Shown in pieces: positions 8,660 to 18,893 of a stretch of DNA of 64,000 nucleotides (its first letter is position 1; each line of letters begins with the position of its first letter). Origin of the DNA: Bacilli bacterium. Lineage in GTDB: Bacteria; Bacillota_I; Bacilli_A; RFN20; CAG-826. The notes below the pieces were generated by a model. That model saw only the letters and a list, made by a program, of their open reading frames with translations. It was not told the origin of the DNA and searched no databases. The stretch lies in contig JAKSVB010000002.1 of NCBI GenBank assembly GCA_024408335.1, positions 4,962 to 68,961 of the forward strand, written 5' to 3'. The position numbers were made by a program, and so were the translations under genes.

Positions 8660-10501
8660 TTAGTTATTGCCTTGAGCTTCTTTAAGAGCCTTTTGGTGAG
8701 CGTCGTATTTCTTTCTGTCTGGAGTGCTTAAAATACGTTTTCTCATTCGGATAGCGCTAGGAGTGACTTCAACGAGTTCATCGTGGTTAAGGTAATCAAG
8801 ACATGCTTCAAGAGTCATCTTTCTAGGGGCCTTAAGAACGACTGTGGTGTCTTTTGTTGAAGAACGGACGTTGGTCATTGGCTTTGCTTGGGTGCAGTTG
8901 ACTGCTAAATCGCTTGGGTAGCGGTGTTCGCCGATAATCATGCCTTCATAGCAGATTTCACCTGGAGCAATGAACATTGTGCCGTGCTCTTCGACTTTCT
9001 GCATCGCATATGCGGTTGCAGGTCCTTTGTCGGTTGAGACAAGAACGCCGATGTTTCTTTCGCCAAGTTCATGGTTATAGACTGGGCGATATTCTTTGAA
9101 GACGTGGTTGATGATGCCATAACCTTTGGTCATGGTAAGGAAGTTAGAGACGAAACCGATTAAGCCTCTTGAAGGGATAACGTAGACTAGTCTTGTGTTA
9201 AGGCCATTATCATCCATTGTGACAAGTGATGCGCCTCTTTCACCAAGGGAAGTCATCATGCTTCCGACGAATTCGTTTGGAACGTCGATTTGGAGGTCTT
9301 CGAATGGTTCGCATTCCACTCCGTCGATTTCCTTAAGGATGACTTGAGGTTTTGCGACTTCGAGTTCGTAGTCTTCACGTCTAAGGTTTTCGATCAAGAC
9401 GCCGAGATGAAGTTCGCCACGACCTGAGACGATCCAGCTTTCTTTGTTAGGGACTCTGCTGAACTTAAGAGAGACGTCTCTTTGGGTTTCTGCGTAAAGT
9501 CTTTCTTCGATGACACGTGCTGTGACTTTCTTGCCATCTTGTCCTCTCATTGGGGAAGAGTTGGTGCCAAATTCCATTTGAAGGGTTGGTTCATCGACAC
9601 GGAGTGGTGGTAATGCTTCAGCGTGTCCCATCTCACAGACTGTATCAGAGACACCGATATCAGGAAGGCCTGCAATACCGCAGATGTCGCCTGATTCGAC
9701 TTCGCTTACTTCGTTTCTTGACATGCCATGGAATGTGAAGAGCTTCATGATCTTGAAGTTTTGGGTTGAGCCATCTTTTCTAACGTCAGTGACTTGCTCG
9801 CCTACTCTAATGTGGCCACGTCTAACTGTACCGATACCGATTCTTCCGACGAAATCGTTATAGTCAAGAAGTGCGCTTTGCCATTGGAATGGCTTTTCTG
9901 GTTCGCAAATTGGTTCAGGAATATGTTTTACGATTAAATCGAGAAGTGGTTCCATGCCTGGCTTTTGGGTTGCTGGGTCTGGATCCATTGAGGATGTGCC
10001 GTTAAGCGCTGAAACAAAGCAAACAGGGAAATCAAGGAATTCATCTGGTGCGCCAAGTTCGATGAATAAGTCAAGGACTTCGTCGATGGCTTTTTGAGCG
10101 TTGGCGTTAGGTCTATCGATCTTATTAATGACGACGATTGGCTTGATGTGGTTTTCAAGAGCGTTCTTCAAAACGAATCTTGTTTGAGGCATTGTGCCTT
10201 CATATGCATCGACGACAAGAAGACATCCATCGACCATGTGCATGATACGTTCGACTTCGCCTCCGAAGTCAGCGTGCCCTGGAGTATCGACGATGTTGAT
10301 TTTGGTGTCGTTATGAACGATTGATGTGGTTTTAGCTAAGATTGTGATGCCACGTTCTGCTTCAATAGGGTTAGAGTCCATCATTCGGTCATGGATGGCT
10401 TCATTTTCTCTAAAGGTGTGGCTAGAAGTGAAAAGCGAGTTGACTAAAGTGGTTTTACCATGGTCAACGTGAGCGATAATAGCGACATTTCTGATATTCA
10501 T
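8660..10501 (-). CDS. typA: Translational GTPase BipA/TypA
   Basis: N-terminal [23 protein letters not shown] and DTPGHADF GTPase motifs; 613 aa with BipA-type domain order. Confidence 0.9.
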   Translation of the reverse strand: MNIRNVAIIAHVDHGKTTLVNSLFTSSHTFRENEAIHDRMMDSNPIEAERGITILAKTTSIVHNDTKINIVDTPGHADFGGEVERIMHMVDGCLLVVDAYEGTMPQTRFVLKNALENHIKPIVVINKIDRPNANAQKAIDEVLDLFIELGAPDEFLDFPVCFVSALNGTSSMDPDPATQKPGMEPLLDLIVKHIPEPICEPEKPFQWQSALLDYNDFVGRIGIGTVRRGHIRVGEQVTDVRKDGSTQNFKIMKLFTFHGMSRNEVSEVESGDICGIAGLPDIGVSDTVCEMGHAEALPPLRVDEPTLQMEFGTNSSPMRGQDGKKVTARVIEERLYAETQRDVSLKFSRVPNKESWIVSGRGELHLGVLIENLRREDYELEVAKPQVILKEIDGVECEPFEDLQIDVPNEFVGSMMTSLGERGASLVTMDDNGLNTRLVYVIPSRGLIGFVSNFLTMTKGYGIINHVFKEYRPVYNHELGERNIGVLVSTDKGPATAYAMQKVEEHGTMFIAPGEICYEGMIIGEHRYPSDLAVNCTQAKPMTNVRSSTKDTTVVLKAPRKMTLEACLDYLNHDELVEVTPSAIRMRKRILSTPDRKKYDAHQKALKEAQGNN

Positions 10502-10565
10502 AGGTAAATCCTCCCTTAGTTTTTTAAACTAAGAAATGATAGTCATTAATCGAATAATCCGCAAC

Positions 10566-10604
10566 AAAAAAGAGAAAAAGAAAAGGCCTCGATTTCTCGA
10601 GGCC
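10566..10604 (-). terminator. Rho-independent terminator of the large lipoprotein gene
   Basis: Perfect hairpin ggcctcga-tttc-tcgaggcc followed on the minus strand by a long T-tract. Confidence 0.75.
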
Positions 10605-10620
10605 TATAGCTTATAAGTGA

Positions 10621-13600
10621 TTAAGCTACTGAGATTGTGACGTTTTTGCCAACAAATGATGAACCAGCTGTTAAGTTGGTTAATGCGTAACTTCTTACTG
10701 CGAAAGCAGCAGCTTTGACATAGTAGGTTTGACCTGCTGTGACATTAATGGTTTGGCTTTCGGTTGAGCCTGAGCCACCATCGTACATTGTTGCGCCTTG
10801 TGCTAAGACTGTACACATTCTGTCGGTGTAGATACCGAATGCACAGTCAACTGCGGTAGCAAATGCAGTGGTGAATGTAACGCTGCCATCTGCTGGAGCA
10901 ACGAATTTGACAACTGCTGAACCGTTTACAAGGGTTGTAGCATCAACGCTTCCTGGAACAGCATCAATGGTTCCTTGAACGATTTCAAGGTTGTGTTGTT
11001 CTTCGGTTTTTGTGAAGGTGTGTTCTTCAGCGTCAAGTGTGTAGGTTTCGTCTGCCCAAGAGATAACTGGATCGCCTTCTTCGTTGAGAGTTGGTGTTCC
11101 TTTCTTGGTGTAGGTTAAGCCATCTGTTGAACGGGTTGCGTTGAATGATTCGCCGTTATAGGTGGTTGACTTATATGTTGAACCTAAGGTGTTGACGGTA
11201 AGGGTATTGCCTTCTCCGTCAGTGTACTCGGTAGCAACGTATGGTGTGAATTCAAATCCTAACTTTTCGTTTGAACTTGCATAGGTGTTTGGAGTTGTGA
11301 TTTCTGAAAGAGGTGTGTAGCTGCTATAAGCGCCAACTTTGATAGCGTATGTCTTTCCAGCAACGACGCTGATTGTAACAGCGTGATCGCTTGATGAACA
11401 TGACTTATAACCAACAACGCCAGTTGCAGTAGAACTTGTGCCGGTGCAATCAGCAAGGGTGAATGTTGAGCTTAATTCATAGATGGTGATGTAACCATAG
11501 TATGAAGCGTAGCTGATTTCTTCTGAGACTTTCATCATGCCGTCTGATGGAGCGGTGAATGTTGCCCAGAGGTTGCCATCGTCGCCAAGGAGATCTTCGT
11601 ATTCGGTGTCAGCTGCAGTTAATTTTTTGCAGACTGATTCTTTAACTTCGTCTGTGACAACGGTGTAAGTGTGGTTGACACCATCAAGAGTGAATGTCTT
11701 TTTGGTGGTTGCTTTCTTTGGATCAGCAGGATCGGCGTTATCTAACCAGACTCTTTCAACTTTGAGTTCGGTTCCAGCGGCATTCATTTCGCCACCTTGA
11801 TAGGTGATAGCGGTTGTTTCATCATCACCAACAACGGCCTTGTATGGTTCGTCGTTAAGCATTGTGATCTTGAGGTCGCCTTCAGCACCATGATATGTTT
11901 CGACATCTGGTGTAGCGAAGTTGAATGTAACCTTTTCGGTGACGCCTTTTCCTCCATAAGCGGTACCTGTGTAGCTGTATGATGAGCCGTAACCTGCTCT
12001 GATGATGTAGGTGTGGCCTGCTAAGACAGGGAAGTTTTCAATTGCTACAGCCTTGGTGTTGTAGGTGCTATAAGCATATTTCTTAGCGTTTGTACCAGTT
12101 GTGCTTGTGTAATCGGTAGCTGCTGGAGTGGTGTCTTGCTCGAAGATAGTGATGTAGGTTGAGCTTGTTGGGTAGCAGCTGATTTTTTCTCTGAGAGTGA
12201 TGAATCCGTCTTGAGTTGGAGCGAATCTAGCCCAGATGTTACCGTCATTACCAGTGATGCCTGACATTTCGGTGCTTGTTTCGGTTAAATCAACGAAGAT
12301 GTTCTCAGTGTTTGTTGGAGTTGTTTTGACGTAGGTTCCTGTCGCGTTATCAAGGGTGTAAACAGTGTCGGTTGATGTCTTGGTTGGGTTTGCGCCATCA
12401 TTGACGGTTGATGTACCTTTGATTGTTAAGGTTGTTTGATCGTCGCTTAATGCATATCCAGCAAGAGCGGTTGTTCCGAGTTTTGCTGAGTAGAGGCCTT
12501 CATCTGAGAATGAGAGTTTTAAGTCTGCTTGACCAGCACAGGTGTAAACCTTGTTTGTTAAAGCAGAGAATGAAATTGTGATGCTTAATGAGACACCTTT
12601 TAATGAGTTATCATTGCAATCAACGCCATAGGTCTTGAAAGCGCCATATTTGTATTGCTTGAAGACATACATCTTACCTGCTTGGACTTCAAATGCATCA
12701 AAATACTCTGGTTCCATTGAGGTTGTATGGTCTGAGTGCTTGAAGTAGTTTGAAGAGGTCCATGTTGTAGGATCGGTTGTAGCTGGATCATAGATGTAGC
12801 AATCTAAGACGTCATCAACGTTTTGCCAATCGCTTGCTGTAGCTGAAAGGACGCCATCAGCTGGAGCGACGAAGACGGTCCACATTGCACCATCGATTCC
12901 GGTAACGCCGTTATAGGTTGGGTTAGTGGTGGTAAGTGGGTTGAATAAACGTTGAGATTCGGAATCACTGGTCATTGTGCATGTGTGATTTGCTGAATCT
13001 AATACGATGGTTGTAGTTGTGATGATAGTTGAAGTGTTTGATGGATCTTCAGGATCGATAGCTGATGTTTTGGTGACGAGTGTAGTTCCAGCGCCATCGA
13101 TTGAGTAACTGGTGGTAACAGCGCCGTTAATGTCAACACTAACGATGTTTGTTCCAGCTTTTTCAATGATGACAACGTCGCCGTCAGCGCTTGTGTATGT
13201 GTCGACTGTGTTTGGAGTGAATGTCCATTCGATTTCTTCGACTTGACCAGCGCAGGAAGAACCTGTTCCGTCATAGCTCTTATTTCTATCAGCATAAGCG
13301 CCGATTTTGATGACGTAGGTAACGCCTTTTTGAATGGCGAGGTCAGATTGACATGGGTTGTAACCATCGTCTTCGTTAAGGACACAGCCTGAAGCTCCGC
13401 CTGTAGTTGTGCTTGAGTAGTCAGTGGTTGGTGTGACTTTGTAGATAGCGATGTTTGTATCCCATCCTAATGTGCTTGTGCCACCGTGGACTTGGATTGT
13501 TTCTGTGACATGGAGGACGCCGCCGACTGTATCGGATCTGAATGATGCCCATAAGTTACCATCTGCTCCGACTTCGACTTGGTAGGTGCCGCTATTTCCA

Positions 13601-14715
13601 GTAAGCTCGTGGAATAATGTTTCGGCAACTGTTCCTTCTCCTGCAGTATAACGACCAGCGATCAATTCAAGAGTATAAACGGTTGCTTGGTAGATCTTTG
13701 AAGGATTTCCGTTTGCGTCAACGCCAACGGTGTATTCGGTGCCCTTAACGGTGAGTGCGTTGCCATCAAGTGTAGCGCCGAAGAGTTCGTTGCCTTCGAG
13801 TTTTGCGAATGCGAGTTCGCCGCCTTCGGTTTTGCCGATGACGAGGTCGCCATTATCACCGTGATAGACAGCGGTGGTTAAGTTGAATAATTCGATTTTT
13901 GCAAATCCGCCTTCACCTGCGGCTGGAGTGGTGACGCGGTATGATTTTGCGGTAGCGCCACTTCCGACAGAGAAGATGCCGCCTAAGCCATTGATATTGG
14001 TGCCTGCTTCTAAGGTCAAGCCAATGTTAAATGTGTAGGCGCCGTTGTTGTTTTGGAAATATTTCCAGTGGCCGTTTGATGTTTCGACAGCGCCGAAGAA
14101 TGAAGTTTCATCCTCGGTTTCTGCAAATGCCATTGCAGCAGCGCCTGTAGCGCCTTTGTCCATGACGTAGTTGTCAAGGCTGCCTTCATCGTGGACGACG
14201 TGAGCCATAGTGCCGTCGGTGTAGACGTCGACACGATCTTCTTCAGCAACGCTTGCTGCAGATTGGATGTGATAAACGCCATTTGGAAGGGCGGTCATTG
14301 TTGCTGGGAATTTGTCTGCTGATGTGCCCCAGCTGGTGGTGTTGTCGGTATTGATGATAAGTGAAGCCATACCACCGTTGTATTGGCCACATAAGCCGAG
14401 TTGTTGCCAAGTTTGTTGAGTGCTGCTTGATGCTGCTGGTTGACTTGAGCTTGATGCAACAGGTGTTGAAGTGCCACCTGCTTGGCTAGTTGTTGAAGTG
14501 CCTGCTTGGCTTGTTGTTGAAGTGCCTGCTTGGCTTGTGGTAGAAGTGCCTGCAGTATTGCTTGTTCCAGCGTTTGAAGTTCCGCCATCAACTGATGTGC
14601 CAGGTGCTACAGATGAACCACCTTCAGTTGAAGTTGCTGGCTTTGTGCCACATCCTGCAAGTACCATGGCTGCGAAGGTACTAAGGAGCAAGATGCCGCT
14701 AGTCTTTTTCTTCAT
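10621..14715 (-). CDS. Large (1364 aa) surface lipoprotein with an N-terminal Ser/Thr-rich tandem linker and about five repeated PPC-like beta-sandwich modules
   Basis: Signal peptide plus lipobox LAGCGT. Linker is 3x STTSQAGT. Five recurring blocks of type [GN]DG[NA][IL]WA.F.AP.DG ... Y[IG][TY]I[YF][ED] ... V.AG.TY.[IV][KR].G[AY]; this looks like pre-peptidase C-terminal (PPC)/collagenase-like domains. RBS aaaggaggg. Confidence 0.6.
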   Translation of the reverse strand: MKKKTSGILLLSTFAAMVLAGCGTKPATSTEGGSSVAPGTSVDGGTSNAGTSNTAGTSTTSQAGTSTTSQAGTSTTSQAGGTSTPVASSSSQPAASSSTQQTWQQLGLCGQYNGGMASLIINTDNTTSWGTSADKFPATMTALPNGVYHIQSAASVAEEDRVDVYTDGTMAHVVHDEGSLDNYVMDKGATGAAAMAFAETEDETSFFGAVETSNGHWKYFQNNNGAYTFNIGLTLEAGTNINGLGGIFSVGSGATAKSYRVTTPAAGEGGFAKIELFNLTTAVYHGDNGDLVIGKTEGGELAFAKLEGNELFGATLDGNALTVKGTEYTVGVDANGNPSKIYQATVYTLELIAGRYTAGEGTVAETLFHELTGNSGTYQVEVGADGNLWASFRSDTVGGVLHVTETIQVHGGTSTLGWDTNIAIYKVTPTTDYSSTTTGGASGCVLNEDDGYNPCQSDLAIQKGVTYVIKIGAYADRNKSYDGTGSSCAGQVEEIEWTFTPNTVDTYTSADGDVVIIEKAGTNIVSVDINGAVTTSYSIDGAGTTLVTKTSAIDPEDPSNTSTIITTTTIVLDSANHTCTMTSDSESQRLFNPLTTTNPTYNGVTGIDGAMWTVFVAPADGVLSATASDWQNVDDVLDCYIYDPATTDPTTWTSSNYFKHSDHTTSMEPEYFDAFEVQAGKMYVFKQYKYGAFKTYGVDCNDNSLKGVSLSITISFSALTNKVYTCAGQADLKLSFSDEGLYSAKLGTTALAGYALSDDQTTLTIKGTSTVNDGANPTKTSTDTVYTLDNATGTYVKTTPTNTENIFVDLTETSTEMSGITGNDGNIWARFAPTQDGFITLREKISCYPTSSTYITIFEQDTTPAATDYTSTTGTNAKKYAYSTYNTKAVAIENFPVLAGHTYIIRAGYGSSYSYTGTAYGGKGVTEKVTFNFATPDVETYHGAEGDLKITMLNDEPYKAVVGDDETTAITYQGGEMNAAGTELKVERVWLDNADPADPKKATTKKTFTLDGVNHTYTVVTDEVKESVCKKLTAADTEYEDLLGDDGNLWATFTAPSDGMMKVSEEISYASYYGYITIYELSSTFTLADCTGTSSTATGVVGYKSCSSSDHAVTISVVAGKTYAIKVGAYSSYTPLSEITTPNTYASSNEKLGFEFTPYVATEYTDGEGNTLTVNTLGSTYKSTTYNGESFNATRSTDGLTYTKKGTPTLNEEGDPVISWADETYTLDAEEHTFTKTEEQHNLEIVQGTIDAVPGSVDATTLVNGSAVVKFVAPADGSVTFTTAFATAVDCAFGIYTDRMCTVLAQGATMYDGGSGSTESQTINVTAGQTYYVKAAAFAVRSYALTNLTAGSSFVGKNVTISVA
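14466..14560. repeat. About 3.5 tandem copies of a 24-nt unit (encoding STTSQAGT) inside the lipoprotein gene
   Basis: Visible as ttgttgaagtgcctgcttggcttg repeated head-to-tail on the plus strand. Confidence 0.7.
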
Positions 14716-14928
14716 AAATTGACCCTCCTTTCAATGGGTTTTCTTTGATTTATGAGGGCATTATAGAAACGACTTTGACAATTTCAACAATTAATTGCAA
14801 TTTTTGCTAATTATTTTTTGAAGGAGTAAATGTGAAGAACTTAATGAAAATAATCATTTCCTTTTGCACGTACGTGTGTATCATATAAAAACAACCCTGA
14901 AACAGGGCGAAAAAGGAGGTATTACTAT

Positions 14929-15945
14929 ATGCTTAAGAAAGAAATGAAAATCTCTATTTTGGCGATTAGCGCTTTATTGGGATTAGCAGCTTGTGGAGCA
15001 AATGAAACGCAAAGTAGCGTTGATTCAAACGCTAACCAAAGTCAAGCTGGCAACACCGATCCAATTAGCGGCGATTCAGTTAGCGAGAGCCAACCAAATT
15101 CAGAATCCCAAATCTCCCTTTCTAAACCTGATTACACTGAAGGCTGGTCAGCACTTCCTGCCCTTGGCGAAGAAATTACCAATTACTGTGGAGGCAACGC
15201 CATCCCATTCATTGACCTTCAAGGCGACTTCAAAGCGGTTAATGTCAAGAAATCAGGAGGCATTGCAGCCCACCTTCTTATCTACACAACCGGTTCATAC
15301 GACAGAACATTGGTCTACAATACCAAAACAACCTATGAACTTGCAGGTTGGGATGTTACATATAATCAAGTCTATTTCGAAGATGGCAGAACCCCAACTT
15401 GGACACTTGACGCTATTGAAGAAGATCTTGGCATCCAACTTAAGATGTATGGCAAACAAAACACCAGAGACAATAGCCAAATCCCATATTTAGAGATCTA
15501 CTTCGAAGAAACGTTCAAGATCCCACCGTCCCGTTCATGGAACGACTCAACAAAAGAAGTCTTGGCAAGCGTCAATATTCAAGCTCCTCACGCTCTTCCA
15601 TACTGCTATCTTGGCGTTTATAAAGAAGAGGCCGATGTCGCTCCAGGCAACAAAGTTAAAATCAAAGGCGGCGATTGGTCTTCACATGAAAGAGACATCA
15701 CCAATGCCGTAAGAAATAACTATCTTACCGCAGCGCGTCAATGGACTTACTCCAAATCGACTTCCAAACAAAATAAGAGTGGCGTCCAAACTTATGTCTA
15801 CACATACAGCAAGACATTCAGCGACAACTACAAAATCACCGCTGACGTGTATGGAACATATGATCCAAACGAATCATCGCTTCCAACCGCTGATAGAACC
15901 ATCTATTGCTACATGGAAGTTACCCTCACTTCTCCAAAAAAATAA
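14929..15945 (+). CDS. Lipoprotein, function unknown (338 aa)
   Basis: Signal peptide plus lipobox LAACGA; RBS aaaaaggagg; Gln/Ser-rich linker then a mixed alpha/beta domain. No recognisable motif. Confidence 0.6.
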   Translation: MLKKEMKISILAISALLGLAACGANETQSSVDSNANQSQAGNTDPISGDSVSESQPNSESQISLSKPDYTEGWSALPALGEEITNYCGGNAIPFIDLQGDFKAVNVKKSGGIAAHLLIYTTGSYDRTLVYNTKTTYELAGWDVTYNQVYFEDGRTPTWTLDAIEEDLGIQLKMYGKQNTRDNSQIPYLEIYFEETFKIPPSRSWNDSTKEVLASVNIQAPHALPYCYLGVYKEEADVAPGNKVKIKGGDWSSHERDITNAVRNNYLTAARQWTYSKSTSKQNKSGVQTYVYTYSKTFSDNYKITADVYGTYDPNESSLPTADRTIYCYMEVTLTSPKK

Positions 15946-15962
15946 CGGACAAAATTTCTAAA

Positions 15963-15990
15963 GGCTCCCGATAACGGAGCCTTTTCTTTT
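15963..15990 (+). terminator. Rho-independent terminator
   Basis: Hairpin ggctcc-cgataac-ggagcc followed by cttttctttt. Confidence 0.7.
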
Positions 15991-16113
15991 GCCGTTGTTC
16001 AAACTATCAGCCCAATCGTCTAAATAGAATCCAATAACATATTAATACACACGCGTACACGCGCATAAAAGGGCCAATAAGAAGAATCTTCATTAAGATA
16101 AGTAAAATATCAG

Positions 16114-16142
16114 GCAACAAAAAAGACCGCATTGCTGCGGTC
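16114..16142 (-). terminator. Rho-independent terminator of the MoxR/VWA operon
   Basis: Hairpin gaccgca-ttgc-tgcggtc followed on the minus strand by tttttt. Confidence 0.6.
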
Positions 16143-16157
16143 AGTTTTGAGTTAGAA

Positions 16158-18893
16158 CTACATTCTGTTTTCGCCAACAGTGTATTCTGCTTTCTTTCTC
16201 TTTGGTTCGCCTTTTCTGACAAAGACGTCTGCTAAGAAGAGAGCGAGTGTTCCAAGAAGGAACCACATATTGGTTGAACGATAGCTTCTGTTTTCGATTT
16301 CTGCTCCAAGAGCCTCGTAGTTAGCGTCGTTAATCTTAACGTTTTCGCTGTTGGTGGCAATCTTATAGAGGAGGTCGCCTTCGCTTAAGTCGAAGACGTT
16401 GTATTCGCTCGAATAATTGAAGTAGAGGTCGAAATCTCCTTCACCGATTGGGTTATCGATGACTTCGAGGTTGATAAGCTGCTTCTTCTCAACGTATTTG
16501 ATGTGGCACTTGTAGGTACCGACCATCTCGGTTGGGATGTTAGCGCTATACTGTGTTCCATCGTAAACGAGTTGGAATGAGACTTTTTCGGTCTTTCCTG
16601 GCTCGCTCATTTCGAGAACGACATTTGATTTGCCAATTAAATCGACTGGCTTAACAGATTCGCCTGCGAAGACATGGACGTCTGTTGTTGCGCCATGTGT
16701 GTCATAGGTGAACTGGAGAAGATCGTGTGAAGCGCGTTCTGGAAGCATGACATCCCAAGCGTTGCGGAAGAATTTCTTAGCGCTTTGGGTTGATCTGAAG
16801 ACGCTTGACCAGTTTCCGAGGTTGGAAGTGAATGCGCAGACAGAACCTTTACCGAATTTCCAGTATGAGAAGAGAGGAACGGTGGTTGTGCCAACGACTT
16901 GGCCATGATCAACGATTTGATATTGGGTTGTGAGAACTGTTGTAGCGTCGTTCTTTCTACGGGCGACATAGTAGCCACGAAGTGGAACGAGGTCTTCTTC
17001 ATTGACACCTTCAACGGTTGGATCCTCTTTGATTGCGACTTGAACAGGGCAATCTTTGTTGGAAACTTGGTTAGAAAGGGTCTTGATATCGACAGCAGCG
17101 ATCATGATATCGACAAGGTCGTTGACGTTGTTACAGAAGTAATATTCACCATAACCTGCATCAGCGAGAGTGGTAAGGAGAGTTTCACCGCTTGGGTTAT
17201 CGATGTTGATGAATGAACAAACGATGTTTTGATCAGCCATCTTTTGAACTTGTGTGATGATTTCATCGTCACGTTCGAATGGTTCGCCATCGGAAAGGGT
17301 GATGACGTATTTGTATTCGAAGGTGGTGTTAGCAAGAAGCTCTTCGCACTTTTCAAGACCGGCGTTCATTTGGGTGCCGCCGATGGTTTGCATGCTGTTG
17401 ATGTTTTGTTCAACTTGGGTTGCGTTATTTAATGATGTAAGAGGTTGGATAACTGTACCTGTATCAGAGAAGTTGACGATACCGATGTAGTCTGAATCGT
17501 TAAGGATGTCGAGACATGCGATAGCGCCTGCTTTTGCTTGATCAAGAGGGTTACCAGACATAGAACCTGAGACGTCGATGTTAAGGACGACTGCCTTTTC
17601 ATCTGAGCTTTCAAGTTGAAGCGGAAGCATGCTTGCGTATGTTTCAAGCATTTCGTTGCCATCGATTTCACGAAGGTTGGTATCTCCGAAGTTTTGGAGT
17701 GTTTTGCCATAAGTGGCAACGCAGGTGAATAAGTTTGGAATGAACTCAGCGTAGTGAGGGATATCCTTGACGTTTACGTCATAGAAGACGAATTCGTCGA
17801 AAGAAAGGAGTCTATCGAGGGCGAAGTGGCCAAGTTGTTCATAAAGAGCATTGCTCTTGTAGTAATACTCGGTAACATCGGTGCTTGCAGAGAAGACACC
17901 CATATCGACGAAGACTTGCTTCATATTCTTGCTCTCTTCGTTTTTGAGGATGAGAACTTTGAATTTATCGGTGACGTCTTGGTTGAAGGTAACAGTGTTA
18001 TTTTCAACGTAGTGATCATCGAGAGTAGGGGTTCCTGCCTTGTTTGAGATGTTAACTTTGTAGGTGAATTCGCCAGTCACGTCTGTAGGAAGAGCGAATT
18101 CGATCTTGTTGTTGCCGCGGTTGATTTGGACATCAGCTGCGTCAAAGACAACATCGTTTTGCATAATGGAGACGTGGATTTGAGCTTCTTTGAATGTACG
18201 AACTGTGACTTCGACTTTTTGGTCTCTGTTTAAGAAGACACGGTCAACGTAATCGACTTTGGTGATTGCGATTTCATTGAATGAGGTGTCGCCTTTTGTA
18301 TAGACACAGTCAATCATGACTTCGTTGTTTAAGAGCTCATCGAGGACGTTTGAAGCTCTGCCATCGGTTTCGATGCCATCGCTAACAACGAGTAATCTTT
18401 TGACTGATTCCTCACTGTATTTTGTGTTAGCGAACTTAAGAGCTTTTTCAATGTTTGTTGAGGTTTTGTCGAACTTTTCTTCGTTAAAGACCGCTTTGAT
18501 GCCATCTTTGTAGGAGCCACCGAAGTCGGTGACAACCTTGCATTCTTTAGCGTAAGCGACAACGCAGATCTTTGTAGCGTTATCTTTCTTGCTATAGAGC
18601 TTGGTGATGACATTGTTGATGTCTTCCATCGAATCCTTTTGGGAGTCACTTACGTCAGCAAGGACGACAAGTTCTGTTTCCTTTGAGGAATAGAGGTATT
18701 GGATATCAACGAATGTAAGGGTAAGGGTAGCGGCAATTAAGAAGTGGAGGCCAAGAGAGATAAGGTTCTTGGTCCATTTTCTCTTCATCTTAGGAAGTCT
18801 AAAGAAGAAGATGATGGTGATCGCAACTAATGGTATGGCGATTAAGGCATACCATGGATTCATAACTATAACTTGTGCATTAGTATTGTTCAT
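16158..18893 (-). CDS. Membrane protein with two von Willebrand factor A domains (BatB-like), 911 aa
   Basis: N-terminal TM helix; VWA/MIDAS motifs VVLADVSDSQKD and VLNIDVSGSMSGNPLDQAKAGA; C-terminal TM helix. The start overlaps the upstream gene's stop by 14 nt; an alternative start ATG is at 18863. Confidence 0.75.
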   Translation of the reverse strand: MNNTNAQVIVMNPWYALIAIPLVAITIIFFFRLPKMKRKWTKNLISLGLHFLIAATLTLTFVDIQYLYSSKETELVVLADVSDSQKDSMEDINNVITKLYSKKDNATKICVVAYAKECKVVTDFGGSYKDGIKAVFNEEKFDKTSTNIEKALKFANTKYSEESVKRLLVVSDGIETDGRASNVLDELLNNEVMIDCVYTKGDTSFNEIAITKVDYVDRVFLNRDQKVEVTVRTFKEAQIHVSIMQNDVVFDAADVQINRGNNKIEFALPTDVTGEFTYKVNISNKAGTPTLDDHYVENNTVTFNQDVTDKFKVLILKNEESKNMKQVFVDMGVFSASTDVTEYYYKSNALYEQLGHFALDRLLSFDEFVFYDVNVKDIPHYAEFIPNLFTCVATYGKTLQNFGDTNLREIDGNEMLETYASMLPLQLESSDEKAVVLNIDVSGSMSGNPLDQAKAGAIACLDILNDSDYIGIVNFSDTGTVIQPLTSLNNATQVEQNINSMQTIGGTQMNAGLEKCEELLANTTFEYKYVITLSDGEPFERDDEIITQVQKMADQNIVCSFINIDNPSGETLLTTLADAGYGEYYFCNNVNDLVDIMIAAVDIKTLSNQVSNKDCPVQVAIKEDPTVEGVNEEDLVPLRGYYVARRKNDATTVLTTQYQIVDHGQVVGTTTVPLFSYWKFGKGSVCAFTSNLGNWSSVFRSTQSAKKFFRNAWDVMLPERASHDLLQFTYDTHGATTDVHVFAGESVKPVDLIGKSNVVLEMSEPGKTEKVSFQLVYDGTQYSANIPTEMVGTYKCHIKYVEKKQLINLEVIDNPIGEGDFDLYFNYSSEYNVFDLSEGDLLYKIATNSENVKINDANYEALGAEIENRSYRSTNMWFLLGTLALFLADVFVRKGEPKRKKAEYTVGENRM

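Noticed and set aside
14471-14722. ORF-track + strand ORF (MPPAWLVVEVPAWLVVEV...) with a striking repeated peptide
   Set aside because: It is the antisense reading of the 24-nt STTSQAGT tandem repeat inside the large lipoprotein gene, so the repetition comes from that DNA repeat. No RBS is present, and it lies fully inside a strongly supported CDS.
16007-16222. 71-aa minus-strand ORF overlapping the 3' end of the VWA gene and its terminator
   Set aside because: It spans the terminator hairpin and intergenic DNA, and is out of frame with the 911-aa VWA protein C-terminus, which is itself well supported (C-terminal TM helix).
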